From positions 1 to 64,000 of IMG/VR virus record IMGVR_UViG_3300036790_000178: a stretch of DNA of 64,000 nucleotides; one strand, 5' to 3'. The stretch comes from a virus. The position numbers were made by a program, and so were the translations under genes. The notes under the pieces were generated by a model. The model was not told the DNA's origin, did no database searches, and worked only from the letters and a program-made list of their open reading frames with translations. Within the stretch, counting starts at the first letter, position 1; every line of letters starts with the position of its first letter. Shown one piece after another: positions 9,641-18,719 of this stretch.

Positions 9641-10375
9641 TCAATTCACCGGGTGACCGTTGCTGATGAGTGGATGGCCGTTTGAGAGAACTGACGACAG
9701 GGTCGGAGCGCTCGGGGCTTGAACCGACAGCGCCGCATGGGAGCCAATCAATCCGCCGCTCTCAGTCCAGCCGATCGTCACCGTTGAAGCCCCTGCCGCG
9801 TATTGTCCTGCGCAGTAGATGTTTCCGTTTGTCGAGCTATTCGCGAGCGTGCCAGACGGTGTGTAAACAAAGTCGTAAGGACGGCTCCCGACGAAGTCAA
9901 CTACTAGATCGCCCGTTGCGCTCGTGACAGTGAGAGACGGGTTGACTGCGTTTGTCACTTGGGATGCGAACGTTCCGGTCCGCATGACCTGCGTAGTCGA
10001 GCCGCCCGTCACGCTGATGGAGACACCATTGGCGTAGCTGGCCGACCCGAGCGTGACCAGAACGGTCTGCGCGCCGGTTGCAGGATTCGCCAGCTCGTAG
10101 ACGTACATCACATCGCCGCTGGCGTTCGCTGCACTCTGCCCGTCGAGAGTCATGGTCACGCCGCCGTACTTGACGCTGGTCGGCGCGGCTAGCCCGTAGA
10201 CTCCCACGATGATTCCGGTAGGAGTTCCTACCGGGGTGTTCGTCCAGCTTCCGGTGGTGGCGTTATTGACGATCCCTTCGCCAGAAGCACTGTAAGCGAC
10301 GCTCGCGAACGCCAGAGGACAGGCAAGGAGAGCGGCGCAGAGAAGCGCCGCTATCAGTCTCAGTGATCGGAACAT
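9641..10375 (-). CDS. Sec-signal beta-rich fibre-associated protein
   Basis: MFRSLRLIAALLCAALLACPLAFA signal; NPATGAQTV motif; C-terminal SNGHP repeat. Confidence 0.75.
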   Translation of the reverse strand: MFRSLRLIAALLCAALLACPLAFASVAYSASGEGIVNNATTGSWTNTPVGTPTGIIVGVYGLAAPTSVKYGGVTMTLDGQSAANASGDVMYVYELANPATGAQTVLVTLGSASYANGVSISVTGGSTTQVMRTGTFASQVTNAVNPSLTVTSATGDLVVDFVGSRPYDFVYTPSGTLANSSTNGNIYCAGQYAAGASTVTIGWTESGGLIGSHAALSVQAPSAPTLSSVLSNGHPLISNGHPVN

Positions 10376-10378
10376 GCT

Positions 10379-13300
10379 TTAGCTCCCCATGCACGAGAAG
10401 CCGACGACATCTCCCGACGTGATGGTGCCGCCGAGCGTCGCGCTACTCGCCCCCCACGTGGTTTCGCTCACCGTGTTCGCGGGAGTGGTCTTGTCCACGG
10501 CCTTGCAGATCCATGTGCTATTGGGAGCCGTGGGCAGATTCACGACGATGCTGGAAGCGCCCGTCGTCCCGGAGCATACAAAGCTGCCAACCGTGGTTCC
10601 GCCGACCAGGGTTGTCGTCGTGGCGCATGCCCCGCTACCGCTGCTCAGGGTGAACGTCGTGCCCTCATCGAGCAGGTACGTGACCGTCGTGGCCGCCGTG
10701 AGCTGACCGCTGGAGTTGGTCGAGACCACAGCCGCACTCGTCGGCACCGCCCCGCCGTTCACCTTGACCACCGTAGTAGCCACGGTCCCGGATGTGGTGG
10801 TGACGTCGCCGGTGAGCGCCGGCATCTGAGCCGCCGCCAGAGTCCCGCTATTGACCTCCGTGGCGGCGATCGACTTATTCGTCAGGGTCTGGGTTGCGGC
10901 GAGCTCCACCACCGTGTCGGTCGCGGCCGGGAATGTGGCCGTGAAGTTCGACGTGCTGGCATTCGCGGTGGCAAGAGCGGTCGTCCCGGTCGAGGAGCCC
11001 TTGATGAGAATGTCGCTAGCGGGGAAGGTCTGCGCGGCCGACCAGGTATTCGGCACCGCAAGCGCCGCGAGAGACGCCGATGCCGGTATCGTGGTCCCGT
11101 TGACGCTGGTCACATTCGGGAGCGACGTCAGGCTCGACGCGACGGCATTGGCGGTGATCGTGCCCGTTCCCGTCGTCCCAAGGGTGGCTCCCGTCCCGAC
11201 CAGCATGGCGGCCGTCGTATTGGTCGCAGAGGTCAGCGCCGAGAACGCTGTAGCGCCAGTGCTGCTCGCCGTGATCGTGACACCGCTGCCAGAGTTCGCG
11301 AGCGTAATGTTCGTGCCGGCGATGAGATTGAGCGCGGTCTGGCTGGCATTGTTCGTGCCGTTGGTCTGAAGCGTGATCCCACCACCGCAATCAGCCCCGA
11401 AGCCCGATACCACTCCCGAGGTGCTGACGTGCAAGCACTGGGTCGAGCCGGTGATCCCGGAGAGAGTCAGGCCCGAGAGCGTCTGAGTCGCGCTGAAGGT
11501 CTGCGCGAGATTCAGTTCTGCCACCGTGCCGGTGTTCGCCGGGAACGTCCCGGTGAAATTGCTGGCTCCGGAATCCGAAGTGGTCAGCGTCACGAAGCCG
11601 GTCGAGGAGCCGAGGAGATCAAGATTCCCAGTCGTCGTGAGGCTCGCCCCGCTCCCAACCACCATCGCCGCCGATGTGTTCGTGGCCCCTGAGATCGCGC
11701 TGAACGCAAGAGTCCCAGTCGTGGTGCAGCCGATCAATTGTCCCGAGCTGTTGCTCGCGAGACAAGTCTGGCTGGCGGGCACGGTGGCGCCGTTCACCTC
11801 ATTCGAGTTGAGCGTGCCGGTGCCCGTGGGTCCCAAGCTCGCCCCGCTCCCGACAAGCATTGCGGCTGCGGTATTGGTGCCACCGGTGAGAGCGCTAAAT
11901 GCGGAACTGCCCCCGCCGCCGCATCCCGTGCAGCTCGCGACCGTGAGGTTTCCCGACGCATCGAGGGATGCGACGGAGGCGCCCCCGTTGACGTGGAAGT
12001 CAAGGAAATATCCCGCGAAGCCGCTGTTGCCGTTGAACCCCATGAAGGTCCCAGCCGTGTTCCACGTCGTGACATTGGTCCCCGCCGAGAACATGAAGAG
12101 GGGAACCGTGGTCGTGCCGGTGCCACCTGAGAAAGGCGTGCCGAGGAACGCCGTTGCCGTCGAGTTCGACGCGCCGTTCTTGGTATTGTTGAAGCCCTGC
12201 GAGAAGACCTGGCCGGCGCTGAACGTCTGCCCCAGATTGAGCTCGGCGATGGTGCCCGTGTTCGCCGGCAGGCTGGCCGTCACGGAACCAAGCGCACCGG
12301 TGACCGGCGCAATGGTCACCGTGCCCGAAGTCGCATTGCCGAGCGCAACCGAACCCGCGGTACCCGAGGCGCCGAGCGACAGCGCGCCCGCGGTGATCGA
12401 TGCATTCGTGGTGCCGGAGACCGCGGTGCCCGTGGAGCCGTAGAAGGCGAGCTGGCCCAGCGTGCCGGAGTTGACCGTGCCGGAGCCGGTAGTCGGTGTC
12501 TGCCAGGTCGCGGCCGTGGTGCTCGTGGCCGTGAGAACCTGGCCAGTCGTCGGGGCCGTGGCGGAGCTGACTGCAACCGTCGTCGTGGCGGATTTCAGCC
12601 CGTTCGCAACTGTGGCAGTGCCAGCGGTTAGGCTGGCGGCAGTGCCGGTGAGGTTCGTCGCAACGCCTGAGGCGGGCGTGCCGAGCGCGCCGCCATTCAC
12701 GGCGAATGAACCCGCAGTGCCTACGTTGACGGCGAGCGCCGTCGCGACACTCGTTCCAAGCCCACTGAGTCCTGAAAGCGGAGCGCTGGTGGCCGCGATG
12801 GTTCCAGAACCTGTGGCACCGAGGCTCGAGCCCGTGCCGACAAGCATCGCCGCAGTCGTGTTCGTTCCGCTCGTGAGAGCAGAAAATGCGCTGCTGCCGC
12901 CACCACTACAGGCGCCCCATGTTCCCAAGCCGGCCGTCGTCGTCGAGAGTTCGCACTGGCCGGCAGTCGTGGTCGTCGGGGAGGTCAGGATCGGCTGACC
13001 ATTCGCCTGCGTGTTCGCAGCCGAGCCGGCGACGATGTTCGTGACGCTCCCTGAATTCGTGCTGCCGTAGGTGGCGCTGACGGCCGCAGCCGAGGTCGTT
13101 CCTGTTACATGCTCGAACGTCGCGGCACTGGCACTTCCGCCGATCTGCCGATATGAATTGCCGTTGCGATCATCGCGACAGTCAAAGGGAAGCGAGAAAG
13201 ACGACCAGCCCGTGCAATGCGGCGGCGCGCCATCACTGGCGGCGGCCGTGCTCGTCGAGAAGAGGTTGTCCTCGTAGACGCCGCTCGTGAAACTGCTGGG

Positions 13301-14941
13301 GCCATGGAACTGCCAAACATACGAATTGGCGTTGGCCGTGGTCGCGGTGAAGCTCGCTCCAGCGCAGTCATCCGAGTCGGTGCAACTGAAATCGAAGTCG
13401 TTGTCGTTTTGGATGTAGGTCTGGACGGCCGACAGAAATTCGATTTGGCACGCCACATAGCCAGGGAAGCCCGCGACTCCGCAAGTGCCGGGATCGCTCG
13501 CGTCGCGCTGTACCTGTAGCCAATCCGTGGGGTTCGCTAAGGAATCATCCAGCATCGCTCCATGCAATGTGGTGACGCCGCTCGTGGTGGTGCTATAGAG
13601 CTTCCAGTTCTTCTGATTGGCTGCTGCGGAAGGGTCCGACAGCGAGAACGGCAAATCGACACCGATCACGGGATTGCCGGAGATCGCATTCGCCGTGACG
13701 GTGCCCGTGCCCGTGGGGCCGAGACTTGCCCCGGTACCGACAAGCATCGCGGCGGTGGTGTTTGTCGCTCCCGTGAGCGCGCTAAACGCGGTCGCGCCCG
13801 TCGAGCTCGCCGTGATCGTCTGATTCGGCCATGTCCCTGTGATCGTGACGTTCGTGCCGGCGACGAGGCCTGCGCCGGTTACCGCAGCTCCCAGGTTCGT
13901 GGCGGAGGGCGTTCCCAGGAAGGTGGCCACTCCGGTGCCCAGTCCGGACAAGCCACCCACCGGAAGGCCGGTGGCGTTGGTGAGTGTGCCGGAGGCGGGA
14001 GTGCCGAGCGCGATGCCGGACGAAAGAGCGTTGGCGGTAATCGTGCCGCTACCAGTCGGGCCGAGACTTGCGCCAGTGCCCACGAGCATGGCCGCTGTGG
14101 TGTTCGTGCTGCTCGTCAACGCGCTGAAGGCGGAACTGCCACCCGCGCCGCAGCCGGCTCCGGAGTCGACGAGATTCCCGGTCGTGGTGCTCCACTGCGC
14201 GCAGTGACCTGAGACGAGTGAGCCGCTGAAAGTCGTGAGAGTCGACGGCAGGTCGGACAGGGTGAGCGAGAGCGGCGCAAGGGTTCCGGCCGTACCAGTT
14301 CCGATGACCTGGTGGGCGGTGAGTCCCGTGGCGCCGGCGAGCGTGAGGGTGCCTGAGCTCGTGACCGGGGAGCCAGAGACGGTGAGCCAGGAGGGAGCCG
14401 AGAGGCCGACACTCGTGACCGAGCCGCCGCCGCTCAGGGAATGGCAGGCACCATCAGAGCCCAAGAGGATCGTATTGCCGCTGCAGCCGGAGAAGAGCGC
14501 GCCGATATCGCTCGCGGCCGCGGTGGTCAATCCCGAGCCGGTACCCTTGATGACGCCCGAGAGAGTCGTCGAAACGGTGAGCGCGCCGCTACTCGTGACA
14601 GGCGAGCCCGCAACCGTGAAGCCCGCCGGCATGACGAGGCCGACACTCGTGACGGTGCCAGCGCTCGAGCACGCCTGCCAGACGAGCGCGGTCCCGTTGT
14701 TCGCGAGGCAGTAGCCGTTGACGAGCGGTGAAGGCAGAAGCGAGAGGACCGCGTCCGAATCCACGAAGTACGTGACGATCTGCGCCGGCAGGATGTCGAC
14801 CGTGATGCCGCTCTGATCGGAGAGCATCCGCTCGCTGCCGGTCAGTGGAGATGCGGTCGGGTAGCCGCCCACTTCTTGGGTCGCGGCTCCCGCGGTCGAG
14901 AAGACGGCGACGAGCGCGAGGATCGCGAGGAGTCTTTTCAT
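10379..14941 (-). CDS. 1520-aa Sec-signal tail-fibre-like repeat protein
   Basis: MKRLLAILALVAVFSTAGA signal; GSVTSVGL..P, LGTPASGTLTNATGLP and TQTLTNK fibre motifs; S/T/G/A rich. Confidence 0.85.
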   Translation of the reverse strand: MKRLLAILALVAVFSTAGAATQEVGGYPTASPLTGSERMLSDQSGITVDILPAQIVTYFVDSDAVLSLLPSPLVNGYCLANNGTALVWQACSSAGTVTSVGLVMPAGFTVAGSPVTSSGALTVSTTLSGVIKGTGSGLTTAAASDIGALFSGCSGNTILLGSDGACHSLSGGGSVTSVGLSAPSWLTVSGSPVTSSGTLTLAGATGLTAHQVIGTGTAGTLAPLSLTLSDLPSTLTTFSGSLVSGHCAQWSTTTGNLVDSGAGCGAGGSSAFSALTSSTNTTAAMLVGTGASLGPTGSGTITANALSSGIALGTPASGTLTNATGLPVGGLSGLGTGVATFLGTPSATNLGAAVTGAGLVAGTNVTITGTWPNQTITASSTGATAFSALTGATNTTAAMLVGTGASLGPTGTGTVTANAISGNPVIGVDLPFSLSDPSAAANQKNWKLYSTTTSGVTTLHGAMLDDSLANPTDWLQVQRDASDPGTCGVAGFPGYVACQIEFLSAVQTYIQNDNDFDFSCTDSDDCAGASFTATTANANSYVWQFHGPSSFTSGVYEDNLFSTSTAAASDGAPPHCTGWSSFSLPFDCRDDRNGNSYRQIGGSASAATFEHVTGTTSAAAVSATYGSTNSGSVTNIVAGSAANTQANGQPILTSPTTTTAGQCELSTTTAGLGTWGACSGGGSSAFSALTSGTNTTAAMLVGTGSSLGATGSGTIAATSAPLSGLSGLGTSVATALAVNVGTAGSFAVNGGALGTPASGVATNLTGTAASLTAGTATVANGLKSATTTVAVSSATAPTTGQVLTATSTTAATWQTPTTGSGTVNSGTLGQLAFYGSTGTAVSGTTNASITAGALSLGASGTAGSVALGNATSGTVTIAPVTGALGSVTASLPANTGTIAELNLGQTFSAGQVFSQGFNNTKNGASNSTATAFLGTPFSGGTGTTTVPLFMFSAGTNVTTWNTAGTFMGFNGNSGFAGYFLDFHVNGGASVASLDASGNLTVASCTGCGGGGSSAFSALTGGTNTAAAMLVGSGASLGPTGTGTLNSNEVNGATVPASQTCLASNSSGQLIGCTTTGTLAFSAISGATNTSAAMVVGSGASLTTTGNLDLLGSSTGFVTLTTSDSGASNFTGTFPANTGTVAELNLAQTFSATQTLSGLTLSGITGSTQCLHVSTSGVVSGFGADCGGGITLQTNGTNNASQTALNLIAGTNITLANSGSGVTITASSTGATAFSALTSATNTTAAMLVGTGATLGTTGTGTITANAVASSLTSLPNVTSVNGTTIPASASLAALAVPNTWSAAQTFPASDILIKGSSTGTTALATANASTSNFTATFPAATDTVVELAATQTLTNKSIAATEVNSGTLAAAQMPALTGDVTTTSGTVATTVVKVNGGAVPTSAAVVSTNSSGQLTAATTVTYLLDEGTTFTLSSGSGACATTTTLVGGTTVGSFVCSGTTGASSIVVNLPTAPNSTWICKAVDKTTPANTVSETTWGASSATLGGTITSGDVVGFSCMGS
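11150..14140 (-). repeat. Six dispersed ~35-aa repeats (AFSALTxxTNTTAAMLVGTGASLGPTGxG) within the fibre gene
   Basis: Six copies visible in the translation; boundaries approximate. Confidence 0.85.
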
Positions 14942-15018
14942 TTCAGGCTACCTGCATGAAGGCAAAGGGAATCCCTGCGGCTTGGCGCCGCATGTCTGAT
15001 TCGCGCGAGGGAATGGGT

Positions 15019-15053
15019 TTGCTAACCGCTCGGCATTAAGCCGCAGTTAGCAA
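15019..15053. promoter_or_regulatory. Stem-loop upstream of the exported-fibre cassette
   Basis: TTGCTAACC...AGTTAGCAA inverted repeat with inner GGC/GCC pairing. Confidence 0.5.
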
Positions 15054-15082
15054 TTGACAATCTGAAGGACGTTAAAAGGTCG

Positions 15083-15691
15083 CTATGACGCGGACGCTCT
15101 GTATTCGCGGGCGCGGCTCGCATTGCTGTATCTGCAAAGAGCGCATCGACATCCTTGGTCATAACGTCTGCGCGTGCCGCATGGCGCTGGGCCCTTAGTT
15201 CCTTTCCTTGCTCTGTTCATCGCCGCGCTCACTGTCGGACGCTGATCTGGCGCCAGCAGCGCTGACTTGGCATCCATTCCCTTTTTCATGCGCCTAAATA
15301 CGGTAGACGTGTTCAGCTGCAAAACTCGGATCCATTCGGTGATCGGCCGAGAGACGCCATCAATCTCGACACGGCGTGATGTTTGTTTATTATTGCTCTG
15401 CTCTTTTTTCGTTGCCCAGCGGCAGTTCTCCGGCTCGTAGTCACCGTCGTTGTCCTTTCGGTCCAGCGACATTCCCGGCGGCGGCTGTCCCATGTCCGCG
15501 AGGAAGTTAGCAAAGTCCCCCCATCGAGCGCAGACGCGGATGCCGCGGCCGCCGTATTGGGCGTACCGGTCGATCTTTGGATCAGTACAACGGCGCCACA
15601 TATTGTTCCAAACTAGATAGGCTCGAGTTCCAGCGCCGCCGTGTCGCCAGTTACCGTTTAGCTCTCCCATCCCAGAGGTGCTGCTGCGCAT
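15083..15691 (-). CDS. HNH homing endonuclease-like protein
   Basis: YGGRGIRVCARW, SLDRKDNDGDYEPENCRWAT. Confidence 0.9.
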   Translation of the reverse strand: MRSSTSGMGELNGNWRHGGAGTRAYLVWNNMWRRCTDPKIDRYAQYGGRGIRVCARWGDFANFLADMGQPPPGMSLDRKDNDGDYEPENCRWATKKEQSNNKQTSRRVEIDGVSRPITEWIRVLQLNTSTVFRRMKKGMDAKSALLAPDQRPTVSAAMNRARKGTKGPAPCGTRRRYDQGCRCALCRYSNASRAREYRASAS

Positions 15692-15712
15692 GACGGCAAA
15701 TTATCGATCAAA

Positions 15713-16249
15713 TTACCCGCGACTGGCCACCAATTTGGCGCCTGCTCCGAGCCACAGATTGAGTGCCGCGCCGGGGGTCTGCCGGTATGGCAGGAAGTTT
15801 TCCGGCAACTTCAGGTACCCACAGCCGCGCCACGCCATGAACAGGGATAGCTCATCGCAGAACCATGCTTTGCTCTTGGCCGGATTCTGGGGCGCGTACT
15901 CGCGATCCTTGAAGCTGCCGCTGAGAAGCCCGCTGACGAAGCCCATGATTCCGCGGCTATCGTAGGGCTTCCCTATCTGCCCCAGGCCGGCCTGGAGCCA
16001 CGGCTCATACATCTCAGGCGTCCCGAACTCGAAAACCGCCCAGCGGGGCTGAGAATCGAGGTAATGGGCAGGACGGAGTTGGACGCCAGGAGAATATTTC
16101 TTGCCCTGGTAGGTCACATGATCGAAGCGCGCATCCAGCGCCGTCCCATCGTCCAGCAGATTCGCCATGTGCGACCATTGGCCGAAGTCTTCAATGAGAC
16201 GGGAACTCCAAGAGCTCGCGCCCACCACCATGATGCGTGGAAGTGTCAT
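15713..16249 (-). CDS. Permuted papain-like amidase (YaeF/YiiX, NlpC/P60 superfamily)
   Basis: WSH...GKPYD...WFCDEL...TP order. Confidence 0.75.
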   Translation of the reverse strand: MTLPRIMVVGASSWSSRLIEDFGQWSHMANLLDDGTALDARFDHVTYQGKKYSPGVQLRPAHYLDSQPRWAVFEFGTPEMYEPWLQAGLGQIGKPYDSRGIMGFVSGLLSGSFKDREYAPQNPAKSKAWFCDELSLFMAWRGCGYLKLPENFLPYRQTPGAALNLWLGAGAKLVASRG

Positions 16250-16252
16250 GGC

Positions 16253-16576
16253 CTAGTTCCCGAAAACGACCCAGCGAAGCGTGGCGAGGAAGCCGCGCCT
16301 CTTCTTCGGGGCGCGCAACGGGATCGGCTCGCTCGGCGCCGGCTCCGCTACAATCTGCGTCGGAGCCGGTTGATCCGTGCCCCCCGTGGCTAAACCGGCA
16401 GCCGCATGCGGGGGGACTTCGCTCACCTTGAGAGACTCGAGCTGCTCGGAGTTGCTGCGCAGGATCTCGCGCGCTTCGGGTGTCAGCTCCTCCCCGACGA
16501 CGAGGCTCACGCCCTCTTCCGCCGGCCTCGCGACCTTGGGCCGCCGCGGCTTGCTCGACTTGCGTTTGGCGGTCAT
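16253..16576 (-). CDS. Hypothetical protein
   Basis: ATGA coupling, GGAGG RBS. Confidence 0.55.
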   Translation of the reverse strand: MTAKRKSSKPRRPKVARPAEEGVSLVVGEELTPEAREILRSNSEQLESLKVSEVPPHAAAGLATGGTDQPAPTQIVAEPAPSEPIPLRAPKKRRGFLATLRWVVFGN

Positions 16577-17355
16577 GCGGCCTCCTGCACTTCGATCTGC
16601 TGTGCCGCGGCGAGGAGGCCCTGCAGGTCGAAGCCGTTCGGCGCCGTGCCGCCGGCGCGCACGAAGTCTGGCCACGCCTCGCAGTGAGCCTCCTGGAGGA
16701 AGTCGCTATTGCCGATGAGGGACCAGGAGACCGGCTGCAGCTTTCCCCAGGTCACGACGTACGCGAAGTCGGCGTCGTACTTGACGATCGGGACGTCGTG
16801 GCCGCCCTCGACGTTGCCAGCGACGCTCGTCCAGGGCTGGCCGGCGCCGAAGGTCTGCATCATCTGGTCCGTAACGACGATGCCGAGCCGGCATGACCCG
16901 AAGAGCTGCACCGCCCACTTGAGATGCGCGAGGTTGGTCGGGTCTACGGGGCCGCTGGCTGCTGACTTCTGGCCGCACAGTCCCGTAGTAGTGAGGTACT
17001 GGCACATGCCGGTCTCATCGCATCCCTGGTCCGTCGATGAGTTGCCGGGCACGTAGCCGCCCACCGCTTCATAGAGCGCGAGGATGTCCTGCTGCGTCGG
17101 GATGAGGATCGCGCCGGCGTTGGCCGTGCGCAGCATGAGGCCGTGCCCACTGTCCTCGCAGACGCAGTCCCCGAGCTGATCGTTCAGCCAGCAGATCCAG
17201 CCCGCGGCGCTCTGCTTCATCACTGCCGACACATAGTCGTCGCTCGCGGCGGGCGGGGCGCCGAGCGTGGCGAGCGCCTGATGCATGGCGATGCCGAGGC
17301 GCATCGTGCGCCGGGTATGGACCGCCGGCCGGCGGCCGGTGCGCAGCGCCATCAT
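16573..17355 (-). CDS. Papain-like cysteine peptidase
   Basis: NDQLGDC...GGH..IVKYD...VTWG. Confidence 0.7.
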   Translation of the reverse strand: MMALRTGRRPAVHTRRTMRLGIAMHQALATLGAPPAASDDYVSAVMKQSAAGWICWLNDQLGDCVCEDSGHGLMLRTANAGAILIPTQQDILALYEAVGGYVPGNSSTDQGCDETGMCQYLTTTGLCGQKSAASGPVDPTNLAHLKWAVQLFGSCRLGIVVTDQMMQTFGAGQPWTSVAGNVEGGHDVPIVKYDADFAYVVTWGKLQPVSWSLIGNSDFLQEAHCEAWPDFVRAGGTAPNGFDLQGLLAAAQQIEVQEAA

Positions 17356-17576
17356 TTGCGCTTCCCGTGATCATGCCCATCACCCTGGACGCACTCCCCG
17401 CCGCCACCAGTGGGGTTGCCCTGCGCGTCGTATGTGGTGACGGACTTCCAGTGTCCGCCGCCTGACTCGCACTGCTCCTGCGGTGTGGGCGCCGGGATGG
17501 CGTCGAGGATCGCGCCGACGGTCGCGCACGCGCTCAGCAACGCTGCGGCCGCCACACAGGCAAGTCTTGCTTTCAT
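17352..17576 (-). CDS. Small lipoprotein (possible spanin-like or lysis accessory)
   Basis: Lipobox LSAC after MKARLACVAAAAL; two further Cys. Confidence 0.7.
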   Translation of the reverse strand: MKARLACVAAAALLSACATVGAILDAIPAPTPQEQCESGGGHWKSVTTYDAQGNPTGGGGECVQGDGHDHGKRK

Positions 17577-17593
17577 GGACGCTCCAAATGCAG

Positions 17594-17620
17594 CGCGCCC
17601 CGCCAAAGGCGCGGGGCGCG
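17594..17620. terminator. GC-rich hairpin
   Basis: CGCGCCCCGC-7 nt-GCGGGGCGCG; no clear U tract. Confidence 0.35.
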
Positions 17621-17645
17621 GCATATCCGGGACGGTGGGGACGGG

Positions 17646-18038
17646 TTACTTCTGGGCGGCAGCCTTCTTCGCCGCGCCGCTCGTCAGGTAGGCGCCCGCC
17701 GAGGACGCCATTCCGCTTCCGACGTCAGCGAGTGCCTGCTGAAGCGAGCCGCCGAGCACGGGCGTGTTCTCCACGACATTGAGTTCGACCTGAAGATACG
17801 GCTGGCCGGTCGACCAGAGATCCTCGGCAACCTTCTGCAGGCCCGGATCCTTGATGCCGGCGATCGCCGAGGCGACCTGCGCGTTCGCCCCGGTGATATC
17901 ACCCTTGCCGGCGGCGCTGAAGAAGGCCGCGACCTGCGAGGCCGTGGTGGCGCGGGCCTGCTTGTCCGCATCGGACGAACCCTGGCTGATGACGGCCGCG
18001 GTGACAGCTTCGGCGGCGAGGTAGGGAATGGAGCTCAT
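17646..18038 (-). CDS. Hypothetical helical protein in the lysis region
   Basis: Coupled ORF with phage-like codon usage. Confidence 0.65.
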   Translation of the reverse strand: MSSIPYLAAEAVTAAVISQGSSDADKQARATTASQVAAFFSAAGKGDITGANAQVASAIAGIKDPGLQKVAEDLWSTGQPYLQVELNVVENTPVLGGSLQQALADVGSGMASSAGAYLTSGAAKKAAAQK

Positions 18039-18265
18039 GGTTTCACCTGTTGCGCCGGGGTGGCCGGCTGGGTAGGGTTTACGGGGCTGGGGATGTGGAA
18101 CACGGAAGTGACGACGTGCATCAGGATGGTCCCCAAGCCGCCCAACACCATCTCGATGATGGCGCGGGCATCCTGGGAGAGCGTCACGGGATGCAGGATG
18201 AGGAGGTAGATGAGGCCGCCCATCACCGCCGTCAGGAAAAAGCAGTACGCGACACGGGCGTTCAT
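18035..18265 (-). CDS. Two-TM holin-like protein
   Basis: 76 aa, two hydrophobic helices, near the endolysin. Confidence 0.55.
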   Translation of the reverse strand: MNARVAYCFFLTAVMGGLIYLLILHPVTLSQDARAIIEMVLGGLGTILMHVVTSVFHIPSPVNPTQPATPAQQVKP

Positions 18266-18639
18266 AGGTTCACCTTGAGAGTGAGGTTCGTGGGCGCGCC
18301 CGGAACTTCCGAGAAGGTCCCGCAGGCTTCCGGCGAATGAGGCGATTCGAATCCGTTGACGACAGACGTCACGAAGCCGCAGACGGTCTCGCCCGCGGTG
18401 TATCCAGAGGTGATTGCGCTCGTGAAGCGGATCCCGGTCTGTACTGGCGCCGCGGCCTCACTTCCCGGGCCGGCAGTGCCGACGTACAGGTTGTAGGTGA
18501 TCGTCGCGGTGCTTGGGATAGCTGTACCGTCGGTGAACTGTGTCGGCGCGCTGTAGGCCCAATTGACCGTTCCGCTGGTCTGTGCGGAAGCGACGCCCAC
18601 GACGAGCATCGCGGCGAGCGCGATGAGATAGCGAATCAT
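18262..18639 (-). CDS. Sec-signal FN3/Ig-like protein
   Basis: MIRYLIALAAMLVVGVASA signal; YNLYVG, CGFVT..NG.ES..S.EAC and PGAPTNL. Confidence 0.75.
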   Translation of the reverse strand: MIRYLIALAAMLVVGVASAQTSGTVNWAYSAPTQFTDGTAIPSTATITYNLYVGTAGPGSEAAAPVQTGIRFTSAITSGYTAGETVCGFVTSVVNGFESPHSPEACGTFSEVPGAPTNLTLKVNL

Positions 18640-18719
18640 GGGGAAGGTCCTCTTCGGGAAATTATGGCGACCGGTTGGCATGATCCCGGCTCCGCTGCTG
18701 GCGCGGCGAGCGAGCTGCA

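Noticed and set aside
10379-14941. Autotransporter or trimeric autotransporter adhesin
   Set aside because: C-terminus (GFSCMGS) lacks a barrel signature and terminal aromatic residue; no TpsB partner nearby
14942-15712. Group I intron or c-di-GMP riboswitch around the HNH gene
   Set aside because: Flanking genes are intact and no intron core was recognised; GCAAACC is present but the GAAA tetraloop and GACGCAAAG elements are not
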